A stretch of DNA of 64,000 bases, taken from contig CAYNYQ010000001.1 in NCBI GenBank assembly GCA_964401305.1, forward strand, positions 98-64,097, read 5' to 3'. This DNA is from an uncultured Acetobacteraceae bacterium. Lineage in GTDB: Bacteria; Pseudomonadota; Alphaproteobacteria; Acetobacterales; Acetobacteraceae. The position numbers were made by a program, and so were the translations under genes. Positions within the stretch are counted from its first letter, which is position 1. Each line of letters opens with the position of its first letter. Of this stretch, positions 1 through 8,700 are shown one piece after another. The notes under the pieces were generated by a model. The model did no database searches. It had not been told where the DNA came from and saw nothing but the letters and a program-made list of their open reading frames with translations.

Positions 1-411
1 CGGGACGCCATCCTGCCCTTGGACTCTTCTCACGGGCAGCTCCCCCTCTGGCAGGAGAAGGTCAGGCTCGACGAGGGGTTCTACCAGTCCCTGATTGAGC
101 ATCCCCTGCCGCTGCTCGAGACGGCAGTGCGGCAGATTTCCAGCCGCTCCATGGCCATCGACCTCTATGTCTGGCTGGCTTACCGCCTCCATGCCCTGTC
201 CGCGCCGGTGCCGGTGTCGTGGCAGGCCCTCCGCCGCCAGTTTGGGGAAGGCTATCGCGAGCTGCGGTTCTTCCGTCGCGACGTGCTGCCGAACCTGAAG
301 CTGGCGCTGGCGGTCTACCCGGAGGCTAGGGTGAGCATCGACGAAAAGGACGGGCTCATCCTCTACCCCTCGTCGCCGCCGGTCGCGGAGAAGAAGATGC
401 TCCGGGCTTGA
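1..411 (+). CDS. repA: plasmid replication initiator RepA, C-terminal part (5' end outside window)
   Basis: The frame of ORF 19..411 is open to the window edge. The block SMAIDLYVWLAYRL..PVSWQALRRQFGEGY..FRRDVL..LKLALAVYPEA matches the RepA_C-type initiator C-terminus as I recall it. Confidence 0.75.
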   Translation, partial: RDAILPLDSSHGQLPLWQEKVRLDEGFYQSLIEHPLPLLETAVRQISSRSMAIDLYVWLAYRLHALSAPVPVSWQALRRQFGEGYRELRFFRRDVLPNLKLALAVYPEARVSIDEKDGLILYPSSPPVAEKKMLRA

Positions 412-427
412 CGGGGATTGGACTCTA

Positions 428-1444
428 CTACCGGTCCTGCCCCGGCCCCTCGATCTCTCGCGGCATCTCCCGCGCCACCCTGAACCGCTCGGCCAGCGCC
501 CCCGGCGCCAGCCCTTCCATGGCACGCAGCACGTCCTTGGCCCCCCGGACGATCTCATGCGGGATGACCGGGCGCGGCATCCATCCCAGCTGCGTTGCCT
601 CGCGCCTCCATGCCGCCGGGTCAGGCCTGCCATCCTTGGCCAGCTCCGCGTCCCGCTTCAGGTCGCCGGTGAGTCGCCGCCCCGGCCCGTCCTGCCGCAC
701 CTCCCGGCCCCGGCGGGAGAAGTGCTCGCGAACCCGGTCGGGGATGTCCTGCAACACTGCCGCGCCGGTGATGGCGTGGGCGGTCACATCGGCTCCAAGC
801 TGACGCAGCCGGTCGGCGAGGGCGGCCTGATAGCAGGCCCCAATGCGTTTCACCTGCCCGGACAGCGCCATGGTGTGCAGCGCCCGCACCTTGCCGTCTT
901 GCGTCATGGTGACGTTCGGCACGCTGTAGTGGGTGTGCAGGTCGGGGTCGCCGTGGGTGATGCGCCCATCCTCGAGCATGGGCTTGCTGGTGCCGTGCAC
1001 GGTGGCGGCCCATGTGATGTGGCCGGGCAGCGTGCCGTCCCTCCCGCCAAAGCCCAGCCGCGCCTGCCCGATGACCTTTTCCACCTCGGCCATGGCCTCC
1101 TCGCCGGCGGCACTGTGAGCGTCGGCAAGGGCGGCCTGCTCCTCGGGCGTGCCGAAGGCCCAAGCGACGCTGATGGACTTGTCCGGGGTCAGGATGAAGT
1201 CGTAGGCCGAGATGCCCTCGGCATGGTAGCGCCGCCCCTCGATGCGCTTGCCGTCCAACGTGCGGCCCGCGAGGAGGCAGGCGACCTGGCGCAGAGTGAG
1301 CGGCTGATGGGGGTCGGCCTTTAGCGCTTCGGCAAGGGCAGGGGCCATGTCGGGCCGAAGCGTCGCCGGTTCCGCCGCGAGGTGCCGGGCCAGCGGCATG
1401 GCGGCGGAGGGTGTGGCGGCGGTGACCTTGGCGAACAGGAGCAT
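428..1444 (-). CDS. TrwC/TraI-type relaxase-domain protein, no helicase domain
   Basis: ATG at 1444. DFILTPDKSISVAWAF and HGTSKP..GDPDLHTHYSVPNV align with the TrwC blocks LDLTFSAPKSVS and HETSRERDPQLHTHAVILN. Only 338 aa, and the first Tyr is residue 73. Confidence 0.75.
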   Translation of the reverse strand: MLLFAKVTAATPSAAMPLARHLAAEPATLRPDMAPALAEALKADPHQPLTLRQVACLLAGRTLDGKRIEGRRYHAEGISAYDFILTPDKSISVAWAFGTPEEQAALADAHSAAGEEAMAEVEKVIGQARLGFGGRDGTLPGHITWAATVHGTSKPMLEDGRITHGDPDLHTHYSVPNVTMTQDGKVRALHTMALSGQVKRIGACYQAALADRLRQLGADVTAHAITGAAVLQDIPDRVREHFSRRGREVRQDGPGRRLTGDLKRDAELAKDGRPDPAAWRREATQLGWMPRPVIPHEIVRGAKDVLRAMEGLAPGALAERFRVAREMPREIEGPGQDR

Positions 1445-1470
1445 GGGTTCGGGGCAGGTTCAGAACGGGT

Positions 1471-1701
1471 TCATGGCTGAACCTGTGGCGGCAGCCGCTT
1501 CTCGATGCGATCGAGCTGCTCCTGCATCTCGGCGATCCGCATCGCCAGCACCTTCAGGGCGTCGGAGAGTTCGGACGGCCCCTCCGCCGTGGCGGCCTCG
1601 ACGATCTTGCCGAGCATTTGGGTGTGGAGGTCGAGCGTCGCCGCGATGTCCTCCAGCGTGACCGGCTTGTGCAATGGTGCAGCTCCACTCTCCGCATCCA
1701 C
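1471..1701 (-). CDS. small hypothetical protein upstream of relaxase-domain gene
   Basis: 76-aa ORF with a GTG start, 26 nt upstream of the relaxase-domain gene on the same strand. Coiled-coil-like; no recognisable motif. Confidence 0.4.
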   Translation of the reverse strand: MDAESGAAPLHKPVTLEDIAATLDLHTQMLGKIVEAATAEGPSELSDALKVLAMRIAEMQEQLDRIEKRLPPQVQP

Positions 1702-1763
1702 GGATCATGGACGGTTCTGAGCCGCCCTTGCAACGGGTCTGTCCTGCCGGATAGGCTCGGTGC

Positions 1764-2111
1764 ATGGGCGAGATGGAGCGCATCACGGCGGCGATCAGGG
1801 GCGGCAACACCCGCTCCCCCCTCTACCGCTGGATGCGGCGCAACCACGACGGGCTGGTGGCCGCGCTGGAAGGCGAGCGTCCCGATTGGAAGGTACTCAC
1901 GGCGGAGTTCGCCGCCATGGGGCTGGTGGCGGATGGGACGCGCCCGGAAGCGGTGCGGCATCTGTGGTGGAGGGTAAGGAAGGCGACGGAGAAGGCACGG
2001 GCGAAGCGGCCCCGCATTGCACCGCCGCGTTCCGCTCCCGAAATGACGGGACATGACCCACTGGCAGCACTGAAGGCGGAGATGGCGAAACGGAGCGGGC
2101 GGAATGGCTAA
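1764..2111 (+). CDS. hypothetical protein
   Basis: 115-aa ORF with an ATG start. Its stop overlaps the start of the next gene (2104), suggesting an operon with the P-loop ATPase. Confidence 0.5.
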   Translation: MGEMERITAAIRGGNTRSPLYRWMRRNHDGLVAALEGERPDWKVLTAEFAAMGLVADGTRPEAVRHLWWRVRKATEKARAKRPRIAPPRSAPEMTGHDPLAALKAEMAKRSGRNG

Positions 2112-2823
2112 GGGGCAGCCGGGGCCGGTGCTGGCCGTGGGGCTAGGCAGGGGCGGCGGGGGAAAGTCCACCGCCCTTGCTGAGATGGTCTGGCGGGCGA
2201 AGGCACAGGGCCGTGACGTGGTCGTGGCCGATGCCGATGCGCGAAGCCGCACCCTGTCCGGCCTGTTCCCGGAAGCCATTCAGCCCGACTCGGAAGAGAT
2301 GCCGGACGTAGCGGCGTTCTTCACCGGCCTACTGAACCGGATGGTGAAGGAGAAGCGCAGCGCCGTGGTCGATCTGGGCGGCGGTGATCGCAGCCTGGTG
2401 GAGTACGGGCGCGACCTGAAACTGGTGGAGTTCTGCCGCCGCGTCGGCATTCAACCGGTGGCGATCTACTGCCTCGGCCCGGACGCGGAAGACCTGCGCC
2501 ATGTGGTGACGCTGTGGGACGGCGGGTTCTTCCGGCCCGAACGTGCCGTGCTGCTGCTCAATGAGGGCGTCATTCGTCAGGGCCAGACAACGGTCGGGGC
2601 GTTCGAGCGCACCATGTCGTCGCCCGACTTCGAGCGCATCGTGAAGGAAGGTGCGGTGCCGGTGCTGTTCACGCGGCTGCCGGTGATGCAGCCGGTTCTG
2701 GCGGGTGGCGGGTTCTACGCCGTGCAGGGCCTCGATCCCGTGGAATCCTTCCAGTGTGAGTCGTGGTGCGAGGAGCTGGAGGCGCGGCGCGTGAAGGCGG
2801 GCATAGCTTCGTGGATGCCCTGA
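2104..2823 (+). CDS. ParA/MinD-like P-loop ATPase
   Basis: N-terminal deviant Walker A GLGRGGGGKST followed by VVVADADARS. The size (239 aa) is typical of ParA/VirC1-type ATPases. Confidence 0.6.
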   Translation: MAKGQPGPVLAVGLGRGGGGKSTALAEMVWRAKAQGRDVVVADADARSRTLSGLFPEAIQPDSEEMPDVAAFFTGLLNRMVKEKRSAVVDLGGGDRSLVEYGRDLKLVEFCRRVGIQPVAIYCLGPDAEDLRHVVTLWDGGFFRPERAVLLLNEGVIRQGQTTVGAFERTMSSPDFERIVKEGAVPVLFTRLPVMQPVLAGGGFYAVQGLDPVESFQCESWCEELEARRVKAGIASWMP

Positions 2824-3125
2824 CCAGCTTTCGCAAGCAGCTCGAACGCGCCGGAATCACGGAGGATAAACCACTTCACACGGTTCTCGTCACCGTCATG
2901 CAGGCCAGCGCGGCGGCGGAGAAGCACAGCGAGGCGATGGCGGGACGCGCGGCGGAACTGGCCGTGCGAGCGGTGGAACGCGAGCTGGACCGGATGCTGT
3001 GGCGGGCGCGGTTCGTGGTGTTCATCCGGGGCATGGTGGTTGGCGCGGCGCTGCTCGGTGCTGGTTACGGCGTCGCGAAGTGGGAGGCGGCGGGGTTCAG
3101 GATGCCCGCGTCAATCGTCCGCTAG
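2811..3125 (+). CDS. hypothetical membrane protein (start uncertain)
   Basis: In-frame GTG at 2811 just before the upstream stop (ORF track start is 2763). One hydrophobic helix, FVVFIRGMVVGAALLGAGYGVA. Confidence 0.4.
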   Translation: MDALTSFRKQLERAGITEDKPLHTVLVTVMQASAAAEKHSEAMAGRAAELAVRAVERELDRMLWRARFVVFIRGMVVGAALLGAGYGVAKWEAAGFRMPASIVR

Positions 3126-4240
3126 GCGGTATCGAACAGGCCGATCTGGTCATTTGCCGGAGGCGGAAGATCGGCCAGCGTCATGCCGCTGCGCACGTCC
3201 ACCAGCCCGTGCCCGATGCGCTCGACGGAAAGCGCCACATAATCCGGATTGAGTTCGCAGCCGATGTAACGGCGTCCGTGTTTCAGCGCGACATAGCCGG
3301 TAGTTCCGGAGCCATTGAAAGGGTCAAGCACCAGCCCGCCCTTCGGCGCTCCGGCGAGGATGCAGGGTTCAATGAGGTCAGTAGGAAAGGTGGCGAAGTG
3401 CGCGCCCTTGTAGGGCTTCGTGCTGACCGTCCAGACGGAGCGTCGGTTACGCCAGCCGTTCGGCGCGGCCTGTAAGGACTGGCCGCCCTCGATGCGACTG
3501 CGATGGCGCGAGTAGGTGTCGGAGGCAAGGTCTTTGCGGTCATCGGCGACCTGCGGCTTCCACTGTTCCGCGTTACCCCGTGCGGTGCCATCGGCGTTCA
3601 GATAGGAGAGGCGCGCATCGCGCACGAACCCGTTGCCGCTTGGATGGCTGCTGACAGCGGGCTCTCTGATGGCCTCGTGGTCGTAGTAGTAGCGCGCCGA
3701 CTTGGTCAGCATGAAGATGTACTCGTGCGAGCGCGTACATCGGTCAGTGGTGGAATCCGGCATGGGGTTGGGCTTCGACCAGATGATGTCCTGACGCAGC
3801 CACCAGCCATCGGCCTGCAACGCAAGCGCTACGCGCCATGGGATGCCGATTAGGTCTTTCTGTTTGAGGCCGTCCTGTTTGATGCTACCCGTGCGCGTCT
3901 TCTTATGGGGGTGCGCCGCGATCTGACGTGCGGAGATAACAGAGCGGTCGGCCATCTGGCCAGTACGGCCTTGTGCGCCCCATGATCCAGCGTAGCTGTC
4001 CCCAAGGTTCAGCCATACTGTGCCATCGTCGGCCAACACGTCGCGCACGCAGCGAAACACCTCGACCATCTTGGCCACATAGGCATCGGGCGTTTCTTCC
4101 AAGCCGATCTGGCCGTCGCATCCGTAGTCGCGCAGACCGAAGTATGGGGGCGACGTGACGCAGGTGTTTACCCGCGCACCTTCGGCGGCGAGGCGCTTCA
4201 GCGTGTCACGGCAGTCGCCTTGATAGATTTTGGCATCCAT
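3122..4240 (-). CDS. beta-class DNA methyltransferase, SPPY motif (N4-cytosine or N6-adenine)
   Basis: Internal ATG at 4240 (MDAKIYQGDC). Motif IV TSPPY is N-terminal and motif I VLDPFNGSGTTG is C-terminal, the PF01555-like circular order. The upstream in-frame extension has no support. Confidence 0.85.
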   Translation of the reverse strand: MDAKIYQGDCRDTLKRLAAEGARVNTCVTSPPYFGLRDYGCDGQIGLEETPDAYVAKMVEVFRCVRDVLADDGTVWLNLGDSYAGSWGAQGRTGQMADRSVISARQIAAHPHKKTRTGSIKQDGLKQKDLIGIPWRVALALQADGWWLRQDIIWSKPNPMPDSTTDRCTRSHEYIFMLTKSARYYYDHEAIREPAVSSHPSGNGFVRDARLSYLNADGTARGNAEQWKPQVADDRKDLASDTYSRHRSRIEGGQSLQAAPNGWRNRRSVWTVSTKPYKGAHFATFPTDLIEPCILAGAPKGGLVLDPFNGSGTTGYVALKHGRRYIGCELNPDYVALSVERIGHGLVDVRSGMTLADLPPPANDQIGLFDTA

Positions 4241-4253
4241 AAAAATCCATTGT

Positions 4254-4505
4254 TCAAGGTTTCTCTTGGGTCTCGGCAGCAAGCATGTCGGCCACGAACG
4301 CATCCCAATCGGCCTGCACCCGCTCAAACGGTATCCCGCCCCAGCCCGCGACGCCGGAGCCGCACTCGCAGCGAAACTCACCACTCATGTGTCCCGTCTG
4401 GTAAAGGCCGACGCTGTATTCCGTGTCTCCGCAGCCGGGGCATTGATCGGGGAGTTCGGCGGGAAATCCGGCCATGAACGCTGCAAAATAATCGACGTCG
4501 TTCAT
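4254..4505 (-). CDS. small Cys-rich hypothetical protein
   Basis: 83 aa. CPGCG...CECG suggests a zinc ribbon. ATGA start/stop overlap with the upstream gene. Confidence 0.5.
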   Translation of the reverse strand: MNDVDYFAAFMAGFPAELPDQCPGCGDTEYSVGLYQTGHMSGEFRCECGSGVAGWGGIPFERVQADWDAFVADMLAAETQEKP

Positions 4506-5155
4506 GCCGCCTCCCGCTGCCTGAGCAACTCATCGACGTTGCAGCGGTGCACACGGAAAGAGATGCACCAGACCCACGGGTTAGCGTGCCATGATTCTTC
4601 GCCGTGGATGGAATGCCATAGCCAAGCAAATGCGTCTCTCGCGTCCGGGCGCGGGTCAGAGCAGCCGCACGGCTCCGAGACACCACAGTTCAGGCAGCCG
4701 CCATCCGTGATACCTTCGGCCCTCGCATCCTCCTCGCTGATGTCCTGCAGCCGCTGCACGCGCACGTCGGTGATCTCGAGCGTCAGGCGCGAAGCCCATC
4801 GGGGCATGTGGATGGATGGAATCGCCTTCAGCGGCAGCTTGTAGTCAGCGCCGATCCAGCGATCCCATCCCATGGCGTCACCAACGCGGGTCCCGTCGGC
4901 CGCATACTCGGCGTCGCACCCTGTGATCGCGTCGAGGGATTCTCGCACCCATAACAGGTCGCCGGGAATTCCGTAGGGGCACTTGACCTCACCGCCATCA
5001 AAAACGGCGTATCCGTCCAACATGTGCACGGCCGAGAACGGCCGAGAATCATCGTGGGTGAGCTGAGGCTTCACGATCCTCCGCGTCTGCGTCTTCCTGC
5101 CTTCCAGCAGGGCGCGGATCATCGGGCCGGAGAAGAGGATGGGGCGCGCTTTCAT
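4502..5155 (-). CDS. ASCH-like phage protein
   Basis: N-terminus MKARPILFSGPMIRALLEGRKTQTRR is the hallmark start of a widespread phage ASCH-like family. Translationally coupled on both sides. Confidence 0.6.
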   Translation of the reverse strand: MKARPILFSGPMIRALLEGRKTQTRRIVKPQLTHDDSRPFSAVHMLDGYAVFDGGEVKCPYGIPGDLLWVRESLDAITGCDAEYAADGTRVGDAMGWDRWIGADYKLPLKAIPSIHMPRWASRLTLEITDVRVQRLQDISEEDARAEGITDGGCLNCGVSEPCGCSDPRPDARDAFAWLWHSIHGEESWHANPWVWCISFRVHRCNVDELLRQREAA

Positions 5156-5469
5156 CGTCCTCTCCCTTCCCCGAACACGCGGATCATCTGGCGCTGGAGC
5201 TGCGTCGGCTTCGGCGCGTCGGCGCGATCGGCCTTGAGCTGTGCGATCATCGCCGGAGGGATGTCGGCATAGGCTGCCAGCGGGGCGCGCAGGTCTTCAG
5301 GGCGGAGTACCTCGCGCGGCTTGCCGCCGATCCACAGCACCAGGTTGTCGTCGAGGTCATCGTCGGGCAGGTCACGCGCGACGATGCCGAAGTAGCTTTG
5401 GAGTGGCCCGTCATACCCTACGGTCACGAGGTAGCCCGGCTGCTTCGAGGGGAGGCGGTGCTGGTTCAT
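5152..5469 (-). CDS. hypothetical protein
   Basis: 105 aa, with ATGA overlaps to both neighbours. Confidence 0.55.
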   Translation of the reverse strand: MNQHRLPSKQPGYLVTVGYDGPLQSYFGIVARDLPDDDLDDNLVLWIGGKPREVLRPEDLRAPLAAYADIPPAMIAQLKADRADAPKPTQLQRQMIRVFGEGRGR

Positions 5470-5969
5470 GCGCGCCCCCGCTCGACCTGCGCCTCACGTC
5501 CAGCCACCGCGCGCATGGTGTGGCTCCCCGGCTGCGCGGTGACGTGCTTGTCAATCTCCGGGCCCGTGATCCACGTGTCGCGCTCTCGGACATGCACGGG
5601 GCGGCAGAAGCAGCGGTCGCCGCGCTTGGCGAACTGCATGTGGTAGTAGTCGTCGATGGCCTCTCTGATGATGAACCTCTCCACGCCGTCGCGGTGCTCC
5701 CATGCCACGGGCGGCAGGATGTTCAGCATCTCGTCGAAGCGCTCGGGGGTGATCTCCTCCAGCGGGCGGCTGAGGTAGTAGGCGCGCATGGCCTTCTGGT
5801 AGTCGGCCTCGGTCATGATCTCGAAGCGGATGGGGGTGCCGTCGCGTTGCTCGATGTGGGCGGCGTACCGGCGAGCCTCGTCCATCTTCGCTTCGGCGAT
5901 GGCGCGCGTGGCAACGTAGGAGAAAATCTGCGGTGGGTAGGTGCTGGCGATTAGGATGCTGTCATTCAT
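5466..5969 (-). CDS. DUF1419-like protein
   Basis: FDEMLNILPPVAWEHRDGVERFIIREA resembles the FEILPPLWMRG..FAMREF core I recall for DUF1419 of alphaproteobacterial plasmids and ICEs. Confidence 0.5.
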   Translation of the reverse strand: MNDSILIASTYPPQIFSYVATRAIAEAKMDEARRYAAHIEQRDGTPIRFEIMTEADYQKAMRAYYLSRPLEEITPERFDEMLNILPPVAWEHRDGVERFIIREAIDDYYHMQFAKRGDRCFCRPVHVRERDTWITGPEIDKHVTAQPGSHTMRAVAGREAQVERGRA

Positions 5970-5975
5970 AAATTC

Positions 5976-6164
5976 TCACTGGTCAGGGTTAATCAGTAGC
6001 GGTCTCCGGCACGCCTTCATCCTGCGGAGGTCCAGCTCGGTGACGCGTCGCTTCCCGCTGCGCTTCATCGAGATCAGCGGGCGCGTGCAGCCGAAGTAGT
6101 CGGCGGCTTCGTCGTGCGTGCGGAATCGAGCGTCGCACCAGGCGGCGAAGTCGGTGGGAGTCAT
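5976..6164 (-). CDS. small HTH-like protein
   Basis: 62 aa. The segment EAADYFGCTRPLISMKRSG looks like a helix-turn-helix. Overlaps the stop of the upstream gene. Confidence 0.45.
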   Translation of the reverse strand: MTPTDFAAWCDARFRTHDEAADYFGCTRPLISMKRSGKRRVTELDLRRMKACRRPLLINPDQ

Positions 6165-6487
6165 GCCGCACCGCCTTTCGCCTTGGCGAGGGCAGCGCGG
6201 GCCTTCTTCACAGCAACATTCAAGAGTGCTTCGTCAGGAAAACCGTGGTCGCAAGAGGCGTACCAGTCCCAGAAGGACGAAACGGCATCAAGCAAGTCGG
6301 GCGCTGCTGAGACGAGATGCGCGTTCTCGGCGCTCACTGCTACACGGTACGGTCTTGGCAGCATGTCTGCGAGAATCGTGCCGTCCGGTGCGGTCACCCG
6401 ATAGCCTTGGATGCCGTGCACGGCCAGTTCTTCATCGGGATGTGGCACCAAACGAGCCGTCCAAGGTCCGGGAGTGTGCTGTGTCAT
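6161..6487 (-). CDS. hypothetical phage protein
   Basis: ENAHLVSAAPDLLDAV is the recurrent phage motif (N-A-x-L-I-A-A-A-P-D/E-L-L). ATG at 6487 is preferred over the GTG at 6490. Confidence 0.6.
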   Translation of the reverse strand: MTQHTPGPWTARLVPHPDEELAVHGIQGYRVTAPDGTILADMLPRPYRVAVSAENAHLVSAAPDLLDAVSSFWDWYASCDHGFPDEALLNVAVKKARAALAKAKGGAA

Positions 6488-6693
6488 CACCGCCCTCCCT
6501 CGACCTCGAAGAACGCCTTGACGCTCTCCTTCGTGGCCTCATCCACGAGCATGGTGTTGCAGTTGTCGTCAGCGATGACGATGGCGAGGTGGCGGCGGTC
6601 CTTCATCATCCACACGTTGAGCACGGTCAGGCCGACGAGGATGATGCCGTAGAAGATCAGCGCACCGCGAAGCTGGAGGAGGAGACTACGCAT
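6487..6693 (-). CDS. small membrane protein
   Basis: 68 aa, with one TM helix ALIFYGIILVGLTVLNVWMM. Confidence 0.5.
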   Translation of the reverse strand: MRSLLLQLRGALIFYGIILVGLTVLNVWMMKDRRHLAIVIADDNCNTMLVDEATKESVKAFFEVEGGR

Positions 6694-7054
6694 CGTAGCC
6701 TCCCCGGTGAGGATGGCGGTTGAGCCACGGCGTAAGCTCGGCCTTCAGCGCGGCAGCCTTGGCGTGACTGGCGGCGCAGTCCTTCATCACGCGCAGGCAG
6801 TTGCGCATGGAGATGAGGTCCTGCTCCTGCTGGTGGCGCATCTCCGGGAACGGATAGGCCTGCGGGGTGCGGGCCTGCTGGAACCGCTCGGCGAGCTGGA
6901 TGGTCTTCTCGGCGTAGCGGATCAGGTCGGTGAGCAGTTCGCCACCGGCCATGCAGGCCTTGTGAGTGGCGGCAGCGCGGTCTTTGCCGAATCGCCAGTC
7001 TATCGTCAGTAACGCGGCCTGATAAGCTGGCGAGTTTGCGAGTTGGTCATGCAT
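6686..7054 (-). CDS. hypothetical protein
   Basis: Internal ATG at 7054 is preceded by GGGAGGA. The longer track ORF (to 7303) runs through the neighbouring gene and an AT-rich spacer. Confidence 0.6.
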   Translation of the reverse strand: MHDQLANSPAYQAALLTIDWRFGKDRAAATHKACMAGGELLTDLIRYAEKTIQLAERFQQARTPQAYPFPEMRHQQEQDLISMRNCLRVMKDCAASHAKAAALKAELTPWLNRHPHRGGYDA

Positions 7055-7069
7055 AAGTCCTCCCTTGTT

Positions 7070-7089
7070 GTTACCTGTATTATGGTAAC
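7070..7089. promoter_or_regulatory. inverted repeat GTTACC-N8-GGTAAC (operator candidate)
   Basis: Perfect 6-bp arms in the AT-rich spacer just upstream of the 7054 start. CTTGTTAC recurs at 7091. Confidence 0.35.
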
Positions 7090-7129
7090 GCTTGTTACAG
7101 AAGCAAGATGTATTTAGGCAACAGGTAGT

Positions 7130-7151
7130 GGCGGGACCCGGAGGCCCCGCC
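7130..7151 (-). terminator. GC-rich hairpin after the 7159..7383 gene
   Basis: GGCGGG..CCCGCC stem 8 nt downstream of the stop. No U-run, so a weak call. Confidence 0.3.
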
Positions 7152-7158
7152 GTACTGG

Positions 7159-7383
7159 TCACGCCTCGGACGGTGCCTCCTCCCTCTCCTTCGGCTCGCG
7201 GATGGCGAGGCGGGTGTTCTCGGTGATCACCAGCGGCACGTCGAAGGCGATGTTCCAGCCCTTGCCGTCCTGATGCTCGAAGGCCACGCCGACCTGCCGC
7301 CACTTGCTCTTGTCGGTGCGCTTCTCGCCCTCCTTGATGAAGTAGAGCGGCATCAAGCGGGTCTTCGTCATTTCGTTGGCCAT
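7159..7383 (-). CDS. hypothetical protein
   Basis: 74 aa with an ATG start. Coding-like composition; no motif recognised. Confidence 0.55.
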   Translation of the reverse strand: MANEMTKTRLMPLYFIKEGEKRTDKSKWRQVGVAFEHQDGKGWNIAFDVPLVITENTRLAIREPKEREEAPSEA

Positions 7384-7600
7384 GTCAGGTACTCCTCTGT
7401 GTCTGTGTTCAGCCCTCGCGGGCGCGACACGAGGGCCAGCCGGTCAGACGGCCAGAGCAAGCTGAGGGGAAAGCGCAGCTCCCCGGCTGCACAAGCGAAG
7501 CGCGGAAGCTGGGGATACGGCTTGCTCGGGACGGCGAGGATGGCAGAGGGGGAAGCGCCGCGTGGCGACACAGGCCTCAGCAGGCAGTCCCACCATGGCC

Positions 7601-7924
7601 CTACGACCAAAAGAAGCCATGCCGCGCCGGTCCTACCTCCACGCGGGAGGGCTGAGCGCCGCAGTCAGAGCAGCGCAGGCGGTCGATGAGCTGGTAGAGC
7701 CGGGCGGTGTCGGGCAGGCCGTGCTGACGTGCCGTGGCGCCGATCGGCAGGATAGCCGTGCGTCCGCAGCCGCAGGAGAGGCGAAGCCACCAGGTGCGGC
7801 GGTCAGTGTGTCGTCGTCGGGCTTGGTGCTCTGCGGTTTTGGGGATTAGGCGGGAGGGAGAGAATGTCGTCCACGCTCCACCCGGCGGCCCGCCGCCGAC
7901 CAATGGTGTTCTTCGAGAGACCAA
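7601..7924 (-). CDS. possible small zinc-ribbon protein (start unresolved)
   Basis: SCGCG....RCSDCG pattern in the 3' two thirds. The only in-frame starts are TTG codons that overlap the 7803..8465 gene. Confidence 0.25.
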   Translation of the reverse strand: MVSRRTPLVGGGPPGGAWTTFSPSRLIPKTAEHQARRRHTDRRTWWLRLSCGCGRTAILPIGATARQHGLPDTARLYQLIDRLRCSDCGAQPSRVEVGPARHGFFWS

Positions 7925-8465
7925 CTCTCTTCGACCATTCCGTGTGCGTCAGGGTCTCGCCCTTGTAGGTAAGGAATTTCGTCGAACGACGATTGCGATT
8001 TTGCTCCGCGTGGGTGGCCCAAACACAGTTTTCTGGGGTGTAGTCACCATTGACGTCTTTGCGCTCGATGGTGTGCTTGGGAGATGGCTTTGGCCCCATG
8101 TCGCGAATGAAGTTACGATAGTCATTCCATCTCGGGCAGACCTTAATGCCTCGTGCGCCGTAATTCTTGAACGCGCGGTTGTTGGGATTATTGCAGCGGT
8201 CCCTCATGTGTATCCATGTTTTGTATTCGGAAGGTGTTTTGCGGCCCTTACGCTTCGCTCCGTGTATTCGGTTCAGACCAGCGCATCCGCAGCTACGAGA
8301 ATCGCCTTTGACGACCGAAAAAAGATACAGGATGCGCTCTTTCCCACAATCGCACCGGCACTTGTAAGTGAAGTGCTCATTCAGGTTAGGAGCACGCTCT
8401 ACTAGGGTCCAATACCCAAAGCGGTCCCCCGGTTTTACTGAATCGACTAAAGTCAACGAAGACAT
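7803..8465 (-). CDS. HNH-like (degenerate) homing-endonuclease-family protein with C-terminal HTH tail
   Basis: RCDCG..SRSCGCA, NYGARGIKVCPRW and NGDYTPENCVWATHAEQNRNRR blocks; a paralogue lies at 16662..17195. C-terminal TLTHTEWSKRVGLSKNTIGRR. AT-richer than its surroundings. Confidence 0.65.
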   Translation of the reverse strand: MSSLTLVDSVKPGDRFGYWTLVERAPNLNEHFTYKCRCDCGKERILYLFSVVKGDSRSCGCAGLNRIHGAKRKGRKTPSEYKTWIHMRDRCNNPNNRAFKNYGARGIKVCPRWNDYRNFIRDMGPKPSPKHTIERKDVNGDYTPENCVWATHAEQNRNRRSTKFLTYKGETLTHTEWSKRVGLSKNTIGRRRAAGWSVDDILSLPPNPQNRRAPSPTTTH

Positions 8466-8700
8466 ATAGCGGACATATTAGACGATATTTACATGAGATG
8501 CAACATACATGGGCCGTAGGGTTTGGGCGCTCGCATGTCCACTGGCTTCGGGCTGCCGTCGAGGTGGCGCGACATATGAGAACAAAAGCAGAAAATGCGG
8601 CCTGTGAGGAAGGTCCAATGGGCGGAGAGGCTGGATTCGCTTGAACGCTGCGGTTGGGTTCCGTTAGCGAGAACGCTCACGGAAAGCGGAGCGCGGCGGC

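Noticed and set aside
1702-1763. An imperfect palindrome CCC-TTGCAA-c-GGG in the divergent region near the TrwC-like gene, considered as an oriT.
   Set aside because: The arms are too short and imperfect, and no nick-region similarity could be recalled. It is kept only as a remark.
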